Below are positions 1 to 8,967 of a stretch of 31,441 nt of DNA, piece after piece (position 1 is the first letter of the stretch; each line of letters opens with the position of its first letter). A program made the translations under genes and the position numbers. Below the pieces are notes generated by a model. That model searched no databases and was not told the origin of the DNA. It saw only the letters and a list, made by a program, of their open reading frames with translations. The stretch is from a virus (Duplodnaviria > Caudoviricetes): positions 1 to 31,441 of IMG/VR virus record IMGVR_UViG_3300032319_000855. One strand, given 5' to 3'.

Positions 1-1437
1 GTTAGAACTAACAATAACACCCAACATAGTGCATTTGATGGTGTTTATTCTAATGCTGCTGCTAACTATAATTCAACTTTCCCTTATGCAAAATCAGCAG
101 GTACTACTTACCAAACCACTTCATTGTATGATTCATTCTACAATAATGGTAGTGATTTTGATGATATTGGTGGTCTTTTTGACAGAACTAAAGGTAAAGT
201 TAATCCTAGGTCTATTGCTGCTGCTACAATCGTTTCAGGTACTGCTGGTGGCGCAAATGGTTCACCAAGAGTTTTAGTTAAATTCTCAGGATTCACTATT
301 ACCAATGAAGGTAAGTTATCAGGCCCAATTGGTAGCCCTGTTGATACTGAGTCATTCTTAATGAGTTTAAAAATTACAGCAACTTCTGCTTTAACTTCTC
401 AGGCTGATGGTTCAACTATCATCGGAGCAGGTGAGCCAATTCCTTTTAGACTTCCAATGCAAGCTTATGCAAAAGAAATCGTTGCTAAAAATACTGATTA
501 TATTCTTGTTGAGTTAATTCTTAACTCACCTATAAGTGGTGGAACAGTTTATGGTTCAAATACTTATGCTACAGGTACAAGTACAGGTTTAAAATCTGCT
601 GCACAATTTACTGCTGCTAACCTTACTGCTAGTTGGAAAGAATACTCTTCTATGGAAGAAGATGCTGAAATTCCTCAAGTAACCTTTACTTTTGATTTCA
701 TTGACGTTTCTGTTGAAAAGAGAATGTTAGGTGCTACCTTCACTCCTGAACTTCAGCAAGACGTTAACGCTTTCCACTCAATTGATGTTGAGGCTGAATT
801 AACTGCTCTTCTTTCTGAGGTTGTTTCGGGTGAAATTGATAGAGAAATTCTAAGAGACCTTCGTAAATCTGCTTCACATGTTGAAGTTTTTGATTACGCA
901 GCATTTGATAGAAGATTTAATAATGTTGGTGCAGGTTTTGCAATTACTCGTAAGGATTACAACCAAGAGTTGATTACTAAGATTAATCAAATCTCTGCTC
1001 GTATCATGAAATTTACTCTTCGTGGTGGTGCAAATTGGGTTGTATGTTCTCCTGAAATTGCTGCTGTTCTTAATGACCTTGAGTACTTCCATGCTACTGA
1101 TGCTTCTGCTGAAGAAACTAAGTTCTCTTTAGGTATTGAAAAAGTTGGTTCAGTTGCTAACAGATACACAGTATATGTTGATGCTTATTCTCCTGCTGGT
1201 GTTGTTCTTGTAGGACACAAAGGAGATTCAATCTTCCACGCAGGTTACATCTACGCTCCATATGTACCGTTGATGCTTATGCCTAAAACCATTAACCCTG
1301 CTGACTTCAAACCTGTAATGGGCATCATGACTCGTTATGCGAAGAAAGTTGTTAACAACAGGTTCTATGGTAAAGTATTGGTACAAGGTTTACCAAGTGC
1401 TTCTCCTTCTGAATTTATGTTAGATACAATTAACTAA
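1..1437 (+). CDS. Major capsid protein, T4 gp23-like (5'-truncated by window edge)
   Basis: Frame 1 is open from base 1 (VRTNNNTQHSAFDG...). It carries gp23 hallmarks: R-x-L-x-A-x-F-T-P-E-L-Q-Q-D, DVEAELTALLSE..EIDREI, RGGANWVVCSP, GYIYAPYVPL and FKPVMGIMTRYA. Confidence 0.95.
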   Translation, partial: VRTNNNTQHSAFDGVYSNAAANYNSTFPYAKSAGTTYQTTSLYDSFYNNGSDFDDIGGLFDRTKGKVNPRSIAAATIVSGTAGGANGSPRVLVKFSGFTITNEGKLSGPIGSPVDTESFLMSLKITATSALTSQADGSTIIGAGEPIPFRLPMQAYAKEIVAKNTDYILVELILNSPISGGTVYGSNTYATGTSTGLKSAAQFTAANLTASWKEYSSMEEDAEIPQVTFTFDFIDVSVEKRMLGATFTPELQQDVNAFHSIDVEAELTALLSEVVSGEIDREILRDLRKSASHVEVFDYAAFDRRFNNVGAGFAITRKDYNQELITKINQISARIMKFTLRGGANWVVCSPEIAAVLNDLEYFHATDASAEETKFSLGIEKVGSVANRYTVYVDAYSPAGVVLVGHKGDSIFHAGYIYAPYVPLMLMPKTINPADFKPVMGIMTRYAKKVVNNRFYGKVLVQGLPSASPSEFMLDTIN

Positions 1438-1458
1438 TCTAATTTAGAATAAAAAATT

Positions 1459-1488
1459 AAGGGGTAGATTTTTCTACCCCTTTTTTTT
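1459..1488 (+). terminator. Rho-independent terminator after the capsid gene
   Basis: AAGGGGTAGA-TTTT-TCTACCCCTT forms a perfect 10-bp stem followed by a T run. Confidence 0.9.
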
Positions 1489-1490
1489 AT

Positions 1491-1505
1491 ACTATTTACA
1501 ATAAA
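1491..1505 (+). promoter_or_regulatory. Putative phage late promoter motif ACTATTTA-N3-TAAA
   Basis: ACTATTTACAATAAA lies directly after the terminator; the ACTATTTA core ends 9 nt before ATG 1508. The same motif recurs before other genes. Confidence 0.65.
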
Positions 1506-1507
1506 AA

Positions 1508-1906
1508 ATGATTAAGATAACATACTCAAAAAAACTTAGTGATTTAAACCCTGCTAAATTTAAGCATATTTCGACATTTTTAAAATTTTGTAGAGATGAG
1601 TTAGGTATAACAAATGATATAAGAGTTTTTTTATTAATTAAAAAAAATAAGTTAAGTATAACAACAGGAGGTTATAATTCAACGGATAAATGTGTTTATA
1701 TTATTTTTGAAGGAAGACAAATTGCTGATATATTAAGAACAATTGCACATGAACTTGTTCACCAAAAACAAGATTTGCAAGAAAAAATTGTTGGTGATAT
1801 ACCTGATATTGGGGGTGTAATAGAGGATACTGCTAATGCTCTTGCAGGTAGATTAGTTAAGATGTATGTAAAGAAATATGATGCTAGAGATATTTACTCT
1901 CTATAG
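1508..1906 (+). CDS. Putative zinc metallopeptidase (HExxH)
   Basis: ILRTIAHELVHQKQ is followed by a downstream E..AN..AG, a gluzincin-like third-ligand pattern. Confidence 0.65.
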   Translation: MIKITYSKKLSDLNPAKFKHISTFLKFCRDELGITNDIRVFLLIKKNKLSITTGGYNSTDKCVYIIFEGRQIADILRTIAHELVHQKQDLQEKIVGDIPDIGGVIEDTANALAGRLVKMYVKKYDARDIYSL

Positions 1907-2187
1907 ATTATAAATGCACTTATTCCTTGTGACAAAAATATATAATACCAAGGTATTGAAAGGTAAAGAGAAAATATTAAAAATATAAGAAAACAAACCC
2001 ATACTGAAAAACATTTAATACATGTTCCAAGAGGTTTTGCTAACTTTTTTGATATTGGTTCTACATATTTTAATAATAAAATATAATACCAATCTAAGAT
2101 ATTTCCTTCATTAAAGGAAAAGTCAGCCACCTTGGTTATCTGAGCAGAGCAGAAACCAATTACAATTGATAAAAATAAATTTCCCAT
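1894..2187 (-). CDS. Small membrane protein with CxxC..W motif (DUF1360-like)
   Basis: Hydrophobic segments flank KPLGTCIKCFSVW, which resembles the DUF1360 C-x-x-C-x-S-V-W motif. Confidence 0.5.
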   Translation of the reverse strand: MGNLFLSIVIGFCSAQITKVADFSFNEGNILDWYYILLLKYVEPISKKLAKPLGTCIKCFSVWVCFLIFLIFSLYLSIPWYYIFLSQGISAFIIYRE

Positions 2188-2258
2188 TACTTTCTAGGTC
2201 TTCTGATAATTACTGATGGTTTTTTAGTACCACTGCATCCACAACTTTTATTTTCCAT
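2187..2258 (-). CDS. Unannotated 23-aa basic peptide with CGC motif (MENKSCGCSGTKKPSVIIRRPRK)
   Basis: It fills the gap between two co-oriented genes exactly. The ATG is 1 nt after the upstream stop, and its TAA overlaps the next ATG (TAATG). Confidence 0.65.
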   Translation of the reverse strand: MENKSCGCSGTKKPSVIIRRPRK

Positions 2259-2259
2259 A

Positions 2260-2754
2260 TTAAATCATATTTTTTAAGTTCTCTGGCAATCTATAATCTT
2301 TTACATATGTTGCTGTAATATCATTATAGAATGCTTTATAGTTATACATCTGATTAGATGTTGTAAAATTAGTTACTGTATTAATCTCATAGAATCTTTT
2401 AGTATCGTTATCATCATAAGAAAAATAATCACCTCTTTTGATATCAATACCAAATTTATCTAATTCATCGGTATAAACTCCTAATTTAACTGTTTCAACG
2501 TTTTCATTAACTAACATACTACCACCAATTTTTATTTTTTCTGAAGGTGGTATTGAAATCCAAACACTTAATTTATAAGGTCCAATAAATTCTTTTTCAT
2601 TTGGCATACTTTCACCATATATATCTTTTTTTGATTCAACCATATTAATTGAATAAAGGTATATTGAAAGACCCATATCATCTGCAATATATTCTTTAGA
2701 CATTCTAATGTCAGCTTCAAAATCTTTTTGATTATAAAATGAAGTTCTATTCAT
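2260..2754 (-). CDS. Neck / head-closure protein, T4 gp14-like
   Basis: DIYGES..KEF and DIKRGDYF motifs; directly downstream of a gp13-like gene. Confidence 0.6.
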   Translation of the reverse strand: MNRTSFYNQKDFEADIRMSKEYIADDMGLSIYLYSINMVESKKDIYGESMPNEKEFIGPYKLSVWISIPPSEKIKIGGSMLVNENVETVKLGVYTDELDKFGIDIKRGDYFSYDDNDTKRFYEINTVTNFTTSNQMYNYKAFYNDITATYVKDYRLPENLKNMI

Positions 2755-2757
2755 AGT

Positions 2758-3882
2758 TTATTTCCAAATTATTCCTGTTTGAGGAGGTGTATATTGTAAT
2801 ACTTTATTTAAGTTTTCAGCAATTGAACCTTTCTTTTCCATAATTTTTTGATATGTAAATTCTGCTAATTGTTCAATAAGTTCTTTAAATATTAAATCTT
2901 TTTCCTTTTCATAATCATCGGCAAAGTACTTGTAATCAATCTCCAAAGTATCATCCCTTGTTGGTAATTTAACTTTACCTGATGATTTTGCCCAAATAGT
3001 TGCAAGATATTTTTTAATATATGCTACAGCTAATCTTCTAACTTTATTTTTTGAAGGTGCATTTAAATTATCCCATTTTTTAATTCTAATAGGAACATCA
3101 GATGGTAATTTAACAACATCTTCATTCTCTTCTAAACATAAATCTCTTTGGTTATTATCTAATGTATCATAATAAAAGTACCACACTTTAGCACCATCTT
3201 CTGTTTTACCAAATTTACCAACGATTTCATCTCTACTACCAGGAATTGGATATAGATATAAGTTTTTTGTTTTATTTGGGCCAGGTGTTATACGATATGT
3301 TAATTCACTTTGAATAATTTTTTTCTTTTGTAATCTATCCATAGTGGATAGAATTAGTGAAAATGATGGTAATATAGTTTGTGCAGGTGTATTACCATAA
3401 TACCAACCCGAAGGTGCGCCAAACCAACCACCACCTATACCAATTGGGTCAAGGATATTAGTTGCAACTTGAGATGGTGTATACCAAAGAACTTCATTGA
3501 TTTCTCTTCCTGAAGGAATTGAATATACTTGAGTATTTGCAGAAATAATAACACAATCACTTTTAAGTTCCCAATCACCTAGTGTAGAAATACCTGTTTG
3601 TTTTCCATATGCTATAGCAAATGATTTTTCAAAATCTAATGATTTTGTTGTGAATGCTTCTACAAAGTTAGCTGAACCAATATCTAATCCTTCCAATGAA
3701 GACCATTGTTGTTCTATTAACCAATTATCCAAATAAGAGATATAGTCTTCTAAAGCCATTTCAACATGAGTATCAATAATATCTTCTGTAACCCAATCTC
3801 CGTAATCACGAACAGGTTCACCTATTGATACTCTAATTTGCCTATAAAGTTTTTGTTGCTCTTGTGAATCTTTAAAAATCAT
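2758..3882 (-). CDS. Neck / head-tail adaptor protein, T4 gp13-like
   Basis: N-terminal IRVSIGEPV...IDTHVEMALEDY and C-terminal LAVAYIKKYLATIWAK..V.LP match the gp13 adaptor layout. Confidence 0.7.
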   Translation of the reverse strand: MIFKDSQEQQKLYRQIRVSIGEPVRDYGDWVTEDIIDTHVEMALEDYISYLDNWLIEQQWSSLEGLDIGSANFVEAFTTKSLDFEKSFAIAYGKQTGISTLGDWELKSDCVIISANTQVYSIPSGREINEVLWYTPSQVATNILDPIGIGGGWFGAPSGWYYGNTPAQTILPSFSLILSTMDRLQKKKIIQSELTYRITPGPNKTKNLYLYPIPGSRDEIVGKFGKTEDGAKVWYFYYDTLDNNQRDLCLEENEDVVKLPSDVPIRIKKWDNLNAPSKNKVRRLAVAYIKKYLATIWAKSSGKVKLPTRDDTLEIDYKYFADDYEKEKDLIFKELIEQLAEFTYQKIMEKKGSIAENLNKVLQYTPPQTGIIWK

Positions 3883-3888
3883 TATGAC

Positions 3889-4359
3889 TTATTTATTATA
3901 AATAGTCATGATATCATCTATATTCTTTAATTGATCAACTTCTTCAATCTTTTCTACAATCTCATTTTTAGGTTTTTTAGATGTAGTTGTTACGCCACGA
4001 AGAGAATTAATCTTTTTACTGATTGTTTCTTCAAGTTGTCTTTTTTCTTGTTCAACTTTTTTATTCAAATCAAAAATCATTTTTTCTCTTTCTAAAAAAG
4101 TAGTTTTAATTTGAACAAGTATGTTAAATAAGTCATCGGTATGTTCAACATTTTTTAAAAGAAATTGATAGATATTATATCTTCTACCGTTATCTTCAAA
4201 TGTCTTTTTTGGATTTTCCAATATGTATACCTCATTATCATCATAAAATGGTGTTATATCCCAATCAGATGGGAATGATACATATAAATCGACAAAATCA
4301 TCAAAGTTGATTTGTACGATGTATTCTCTTAGTTCTTCAATTATTTTTTTAAATTTCAT
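3889..4359 (-). CDS. Hypothetical protein with C-terminal coiled coil
   Basis: 156-aa ORF with a K/E-rich helical C-terminus; ATGA overlap with the upstream gene. Confidence 0.7.
   Translation of the reverse strand: MKFKKIIEELREYIVQINFDDFVDLYVSFPSDWDITPFYDDNEVYILENPKKTFEDNGRRYNIYQFLLKNVEHTDDLFNILVQIKTTFLEREKMIFDLNKKVEQEKRQLEETISKKINSLRGVTTTSKKPKNEIVEKIEEVDQLKNIDDIMTIYNK
3892..3906 (-). promoter_or_regulatory. Putative late promoter motif upstream of neck genes
   Basis: Minus strand reads ACTATTTATAATAAA; the core ends 16 nt before ATG 3882. It is embedded in the last codons of the upstream ORF. Confidence 0.6.
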
Positions 4360-4559
4360 AAAAATATATATGTAAATATAAAACTTATTGACAAGAAAAA
4401 ATAAAAATTATCTCTTTTTGTTATGTTTTCTGATAATTTTTCACCTTTCTTAATACATTTTAAAAATGTGTAAAAGACATACACTATAAAAAAAAGTGAT
4501 GTCCAAAATAGAAACATTGGAATAAATGCTCCTAAAAAAAATTCTAATAATTTTATCAT
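4356..4559 (-). CDS. Small two-helix membrane protein
   Basis: 67 aa with two hydrophobic segments separated by a Lys-rich loop; ATGA overlaps at both ends. Confidence 0.65.
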   Translation of the reverse strand: MIKLLEFFLGAFIPMFLFWTSLFFIVYVFYTFLKCIKKGEKLSENITKRDNFYFFLSISFIFTYIFL

Positions 4560-5341
4560 ACAAATGTGCCTCTAGCTGTTATGGTTGTTTTTGTTTTTAT
4601 AAGCGGTCTAATTCTAGGTATACTGCTTTGGTCAGTTATTTTTGCTTCTTTTATTGTTTCAATAACTTCTGAAATTTTAAAAATATAAAGACTTTGATTT
4701 ATGTTACCAATAAAATCCCCATTTAAAATTTCATATGTTTTATTTGTTTTGTTCAATTTTAATTTAAAATAATTCTTTAAAGAACTGCTATCGGTTGGGG
4801 AACATTCAAAAAATCTAAGTTTACCATTTGTGGCATTGAAAAATGAAATTTTAAAATAAAACGTATCAGCAGTTGTTGCTATAAAATACGATGGAATATA
4901 AATATTTACATATTCTTTATTAATAACATTTGGTTTAAAATTTAAATCTGTTTTATCTTCAGTTATAACAATTTTTGACATTTTCACAAAATTCCTAGAT
5001 ATTAAATTTTGATTATTATCAATATAGTTATCATATAAATCAAATAAGTAAAAAGATTCATCTTTATAAAGTGTGTTGGAAATTATATAGTTTGTACTAA
5101 AACCTGCACCTGTATAAGAAGGAACACCTTTAAAATGACCTCTAAAAATATAATTTATAATTGGTTTAAAAGAAACAAATTCAACATCTTTATCATCAAT
5201 TAAAGATTGGTCTAAAACTTTTTCAACTTCAGTATCGACATATTTTTTTATTGATTCACTTTTGGGTGTGAAATCATGCTTTTGATTTAAATCAAAATTT
5301 AATGTAACAGCACTAAGAAAATCACTTGTAATATTTAACAT
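4556..5341 (-). CDS. Hypothetical protein, probably virion structural
   Basis: 261-aa ORF in a tightly coupled operon that starts at the motif at 8931-8938; beta-rich, FFNATNG. Confidence 0.65.
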   Translation of the reverse strand: MLNITSDFLSAVTLNFDLNQKHDFTPKSESIKKYVDTEVEKVLDQSLIDDKDVEFVSFKPIINYIFRGHFKGVPSYTGAGFSTNYIISNTLYKDESFYLFDLYDNYIDNNQNLISRNFVKMSKIVITEDKTDLNFKPNVINKEYVNIYIPSYFIATTADTFYFKISFFNATNGKLRFFECSPTDSSSLKNYFKLKLNKTNKTYEILNGDFIGNINQSLYIFKISEVIETIKEAKITDQSSIPRIRPLIKTKTTITARGTFV

Positions 5342-6783
5342 ATTTCTTTTTTAATTTTTGGTGTTATATTAATATTATCTCTATTAAATTTGAAATTATT
5401 GTTTGTAAAATTAATTGTAAATTCATTTAATAAAATTGTTGTATTTTTACTAGAAAAATCAGGTTTTAAATAAAAATTAATATCATTAAAAAAATAATGA
5501 GTATTATTCAAAAATGGATTATCATAATTATCAGGGTCACCGTATGGTAATAAATCTTTCCATATTATTTTATCTTTAACCACAACAGCAGTTATTGGTG
5601 GTATTGATGTGCTTGTTAAACCACTAAAAATTTCAGTTGCTATTGAATCGTATTTTTTTAATTCGATTTTACGAAATGGATTAAATTTAAAAGAAAAATC
5701 AATTGTTACAACAACTTTAAAACTTGGTACTGAAGTGCTTGTTTCGGTTATTGTAAAATCTGTATATCCTCTTTCTGTTTTCCAAGTATTATAATTGTAA
5801 TCATAACCTTCATATGTATCAACTAATGTAACTACAAAAATATATTCTTTTTTTATTTTTTCACTAATTGTATAAGTTTCTTTATTAAAATTAATAAGTC
5901 CTCCACTAAATACAGTTTGATTAAAATCTAATGGAATTTTAGTCTTGTAATCACCATTTCCAATATCCAAATAATTTTTTATAAATCTTAAATTATTTTT
6001 AATATTTTGAATTGATGGTTCTAAATTATATATTTTTAAAAAGTTTTTTAATTTATCTTTAAAATACTTTTCAAATGATGCAGAATCAAATTCACTACCA
6101 TTAATTATTAAATTTATTATTTGAGCAGTATTTGCTGTGAATACTGATTCAACATATCCATATCTTGTATTTGCTGTTAATTCTGATATAAAATCATTAG
6201 TGTCAATAATTTTTTCAAAAAATTTATAATTACTATCAAATTTTGGTATAAAACCTAAATAAAGATTATTATTATAAACTATATCATTATTAATCTTTAT
6301 TAATTCATATGGGTCAACATTTACGGAATCAAATTTAAAATTGTAAATTTTTTCACCATAAATATTTCTACTATAGCCAAAGAAATTTAATCTACAATCA
6401 TTATTATTTGTTATAGCACTAAGTTTTTCAATATAATTATTTGTTTGATTACTATATGATTGTGGACTAATAGGTCTTAAAAGTTTAATATCAAAAAAGT
6501 CTTCTAAATTAAAACCAGTTGTTGTGAGATTATCATTAAATAAATCAACAATAGTATTTGGAGTTTTGTTTTTATTTCTTAAAAATGAAAAATAATTTAT
6601 ATTACCATAAATTCTATATTTTGTAGATTCATTTCTTTCTTTATTGAATAAATCAACCAATGAAACAACTTTAGTGATATTAAATTCATTCAAATCATTA
6701 AAACTAGATTTTAATGACAGATTTAAGTTTAAATCTTCAGGTTGTGCAAGAATATATCTTTTATCGGGTTTAATTTGTTCCAT
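5335..6783 (-). CDS. Hypothetical protein, probably virion structural
   Basis: 482-aa ORF coupled to its neighbours, with ERNESTKYRIYG and IWKDLL..G....NPFLNNTHY motifs; function not recognised. Confidence 0.65.
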   Translation of the reverse strand: MEQIKPDKRYILAQPEDLNLNLSLKSSFNDLNEFNITKVVSLVDLFNKERNESTKYRIYGNINYFSFLRNKNKTPNTIVDLFNDNLTTTGFNLEDFFDIKLLRPISPQSYSNQTNNYIEKLSAITNNNDCRLNFFGYSRNIYGEKIYNFKFDSVNVDPYELIKINNDIVYNNNLYLGFIPKFDSNYKFFEKIIDTNDFISELTANTRYGYVESVFTANTAQIINLIINGSEFDSASFEKYFKDKLKNFLKIYNLEPSIQNIKNNLRFIKNYLDIGNGDYKTKIPLDFNQTVFSGGLINFNKETYTISEKIKKEYIFVVTLVDTYEGYDYNYNTWKTERGYTDFTITETSTSVPSFKVVVTIDFSFKFNPFRKIELKKYDSIATEIFSGLTSTSIPPITAVVVKDKIIWKDLLPYGDPDNYDNPFLNNTHYFFNDINFYLKPDFSSKNTTILLNEFTINFTNNNFKFNRDNINITPKIKKEIC

Positions 6784-8918
6784 TATATTATTTTTGAATC
6801 TATTAAGTATTGAAGCACATTATTATTACTTGTACTTAGTGTTCCTATTAAAAAATAATATTCATCATCATTGTCTTGATTAAAATATTGTGCTGTTGAA
6901 CTTGCAGGTTTCTCTTGTCTTAAATAATTACCTGTTAATTCAGATTTAGGTATTCTAAATCCAAGTTGTGTTATCCCATTATATTTTTGTTCATAAAATT
7001 TTAACAAATCAGTTTTATCAACTAGTATAAAATTTGTTTGTATATATGTTCCCCCTGCTAACCATTTAGTATTTGTTTGTTTAGCGCCAATATCTCTTTC
7101 GTTATCCTTTAATCTCTCAGTTGTTGTTATAAAAAATGATACTCTAGCTCCTGGGTCAAAAAATGCTCCTGTAGTATTATATTTAAAATTTTCAAAATAT
7201 ATACTAAAGTTCATCCATTGGTTTTTAAAAGCAGGTACTATTATCTTATCATCTATATTAATTGATTTTAAATGATTATAAAAATTGCTATACTGTCCAT
7301 TTAGTTTTTGGTTTATATTTTTTCTTTTAATTGATGTATCATCTCCTTGTGGTATCGTGAAAAATTCTGCTTCACCACCAACTATATATAATATATTTGT
7401 TTGATTTCCAGTCTTTTCTTCACCTACTGTAGCATAAGGACATTCAACATTTAATTTTTGTGCTACACTATAAATATTACCAAAATCAAATTTATAATGT
7501 TTCCATATCCAACTAGTTCTACTTTTAAAAACACCACCCATTTCTTCAGGCCGTGAATTATAATCCGCATCAAAAAGTTGTGGTATTTTTAATGCAATTT
7601 TACCAACTCTATCTTTTCCTGCAACATTGCCATAATCAACATCATTTTCCAAATAAAAATAACCTCTAAAAGAAGTAAATACACCATTATTATTATCATC
7701 ATCCACACTTATTAAATTACCTATTTCATCTGTAATTACTTTATTTCTATTACAAATTATTAAGTAAATAAAATTACCATTTCCATCTTGATATTCACCA
7801 TATTTAAATTCTGATAATAATTCAATATCTTCATCATAGTCATAACCATATTGATCTTCAACATTATTAACTGTTAATTCATTTAATTGATTAGCATAAA
7901 ATTCAGAAACACTTCTTTTGATAGTAAAAATTTTAGTTTTTAATTTCCCCTTTGTTTTATTACCCAAACATATATATTGTGCGCTATTACCATCATTACA
8001 ATCATCATTATAATTCCAATATTGGGTAGTTTTATCTGTAAATTGATTTCCAATAACAGTAACAAAAGGTTCTATTGTTTTAATTAATTCAAAATCTAAT
8101 CTATTAATACCAACATTTGTATTATCTGTATTTTGACTCCATAATGGTTTAACTGTTATTGTTTTATTTTGTATATCAATATTTGGTAAACTTTCTAATG
8201 GTAAATCAACATTTATTTTTAATCCATCAGGTGTAAAAAAATTACTAGAAGCACCTTGTAATTTTAATATTGAAGCTGTTGTTGAAAATTTTCCAATATC
8301 TGTAATATCACAAGACATATTAACAGTATATGTTCTATTTGCAGGTACAGTTAATATATAATCACCACTTTCATTTGTAATGGTTGTGTATTTATAATAT
8401 TTATCATAAACATAAGCAAGAGTTTCATTTACCAAAATTTCTTCTTTTTCAGGAAATGTACCAACAGGGCTTTTTGGTGTTGCACCTATTCCATATTCAT
8501 TATCAGCAAATCCATTGAAATTTCTGTTTTTTGAATATTTGGGAAGTAGATTAAATATTTTTCCTTGAGCATCTTTATCATATACTGTTTCATATGGATA
8601 TATTGCTGCTGCTTCTATTTTTTTAATATCTTCTAATGTTATTGGATTTGTAACAGTATCTTCATCAATTGGTACAAATACGGAAACTCTACAGTTTGGT
8701 ATACCAACATTTTTTGCATTTACTCTTCCAACGATAATTCCATAATCAGAATCAAATAATCTATATACATCTTTTTGAAAAACCTTTACAGATAATATAT
8801 CTAATGATTCATAAGTTTGGTCAAGATTGACATTAAGAAACTTGTCGCCAATTTCAGTTTTGATTCTAATAGATTTATGTTTATCGTTATTTGAATTTAA
8901 AAAATTTAAAATTCTCAT
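6783..8918 (-). CDS. Putative baseplate/tail structural protein with carboxypeptidase-regulatory-like (prealbumin-fold) domain
   Basis: GIIVGRV...GIPNCRVSV and TTITNESGDYIL.VP..TYTV resemble a split CarboxypepD_reg-like domain. It is the first gene downstream of the putative late motif. Confidence 0.55.
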   Translation of the reverse strand: MRILNFLNSNNDKHKSIRIKTEIGDKFLNVNLDQTYESLDILSVKVFQKDVYRLFDSDYGIIVGRVNAKNVGIPNCRVSVFVPIDEDTVTNPITLEDIKKIEAAAIYPYETVYDKDAQGKIFNLLPKYSKNRNFNGFADNEYGIGATPKSPVGTFPEKEEILVNETLAYVYDKYYKYTTITNESGDYILTVPANRTYTVNMSCDITDIGKFSTTASILKLQGASSNFFTPDGLKINVDLPLESLPNIDIQNKTITVKPLWSQNTDNTNVGINRLDFELIKTIEPFVTVIGNQFTDKTTQYWNYNDDCNDGNSAQYICLGNKTKGKLKTKIFTIKRSVSEFYANQLNELTVNNVEDQYGYDYDEDIELLSEFKYGEYQDGNGNFIYLIICNRNKVITDEIGNLISVDDDNNNGVFTSFRGYFYLENDVDYGNVAGKDRVGKIALKIPQLFDADYNSRPEEMGGVFKSRTSWIWKHYKFDFGNIYSVAQKLNVECPYATVGEEKTGNQTNILYIVGGEAEFFTIPQGDDTSIKRKNINQKLNGQYSNFYNHLKSINIDDKIIVPAFKNQWMNFSIYFENFKYNTTGAFFDPGARVSFFITTTERLKDNERDIGAKQTNTKWLAGGTYIQTNFILVDKTDLLKFYEQKYNGITQLGFRIPKSELTGNYLRQEKPASSTAQYFNQDNDDEYYFLIGTLSTSNNNVLQYLIDSKII

Positions 8919-8929
8919 GATACTTTTTA

Positions 8930-8952
8930 ATAAATAGTTGACAACTATTTAT
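8930..8952. promoter_or_regulatory. Back-to-back divergent promoter motifs forming a perfect palindrome
   Basis: ATAAATAGTTG-A-CAACTATTTAT has 11-bp arms in the 49-bp gap between divergent genes. Each arm reads CAACTATTTAT toward its gene. Confidence 0.75.
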
Positions 8953-8967
8953 ATAAAATCATTATAA

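Noticed and set aside
29-277. 82-aa plus-strand ORF, and TTG 124 as the capsid start
   Set aside because: The ORF overlaps the capsid gene out of frame. The capsid frame is open from base 1, so the true start lies upstream of the window.
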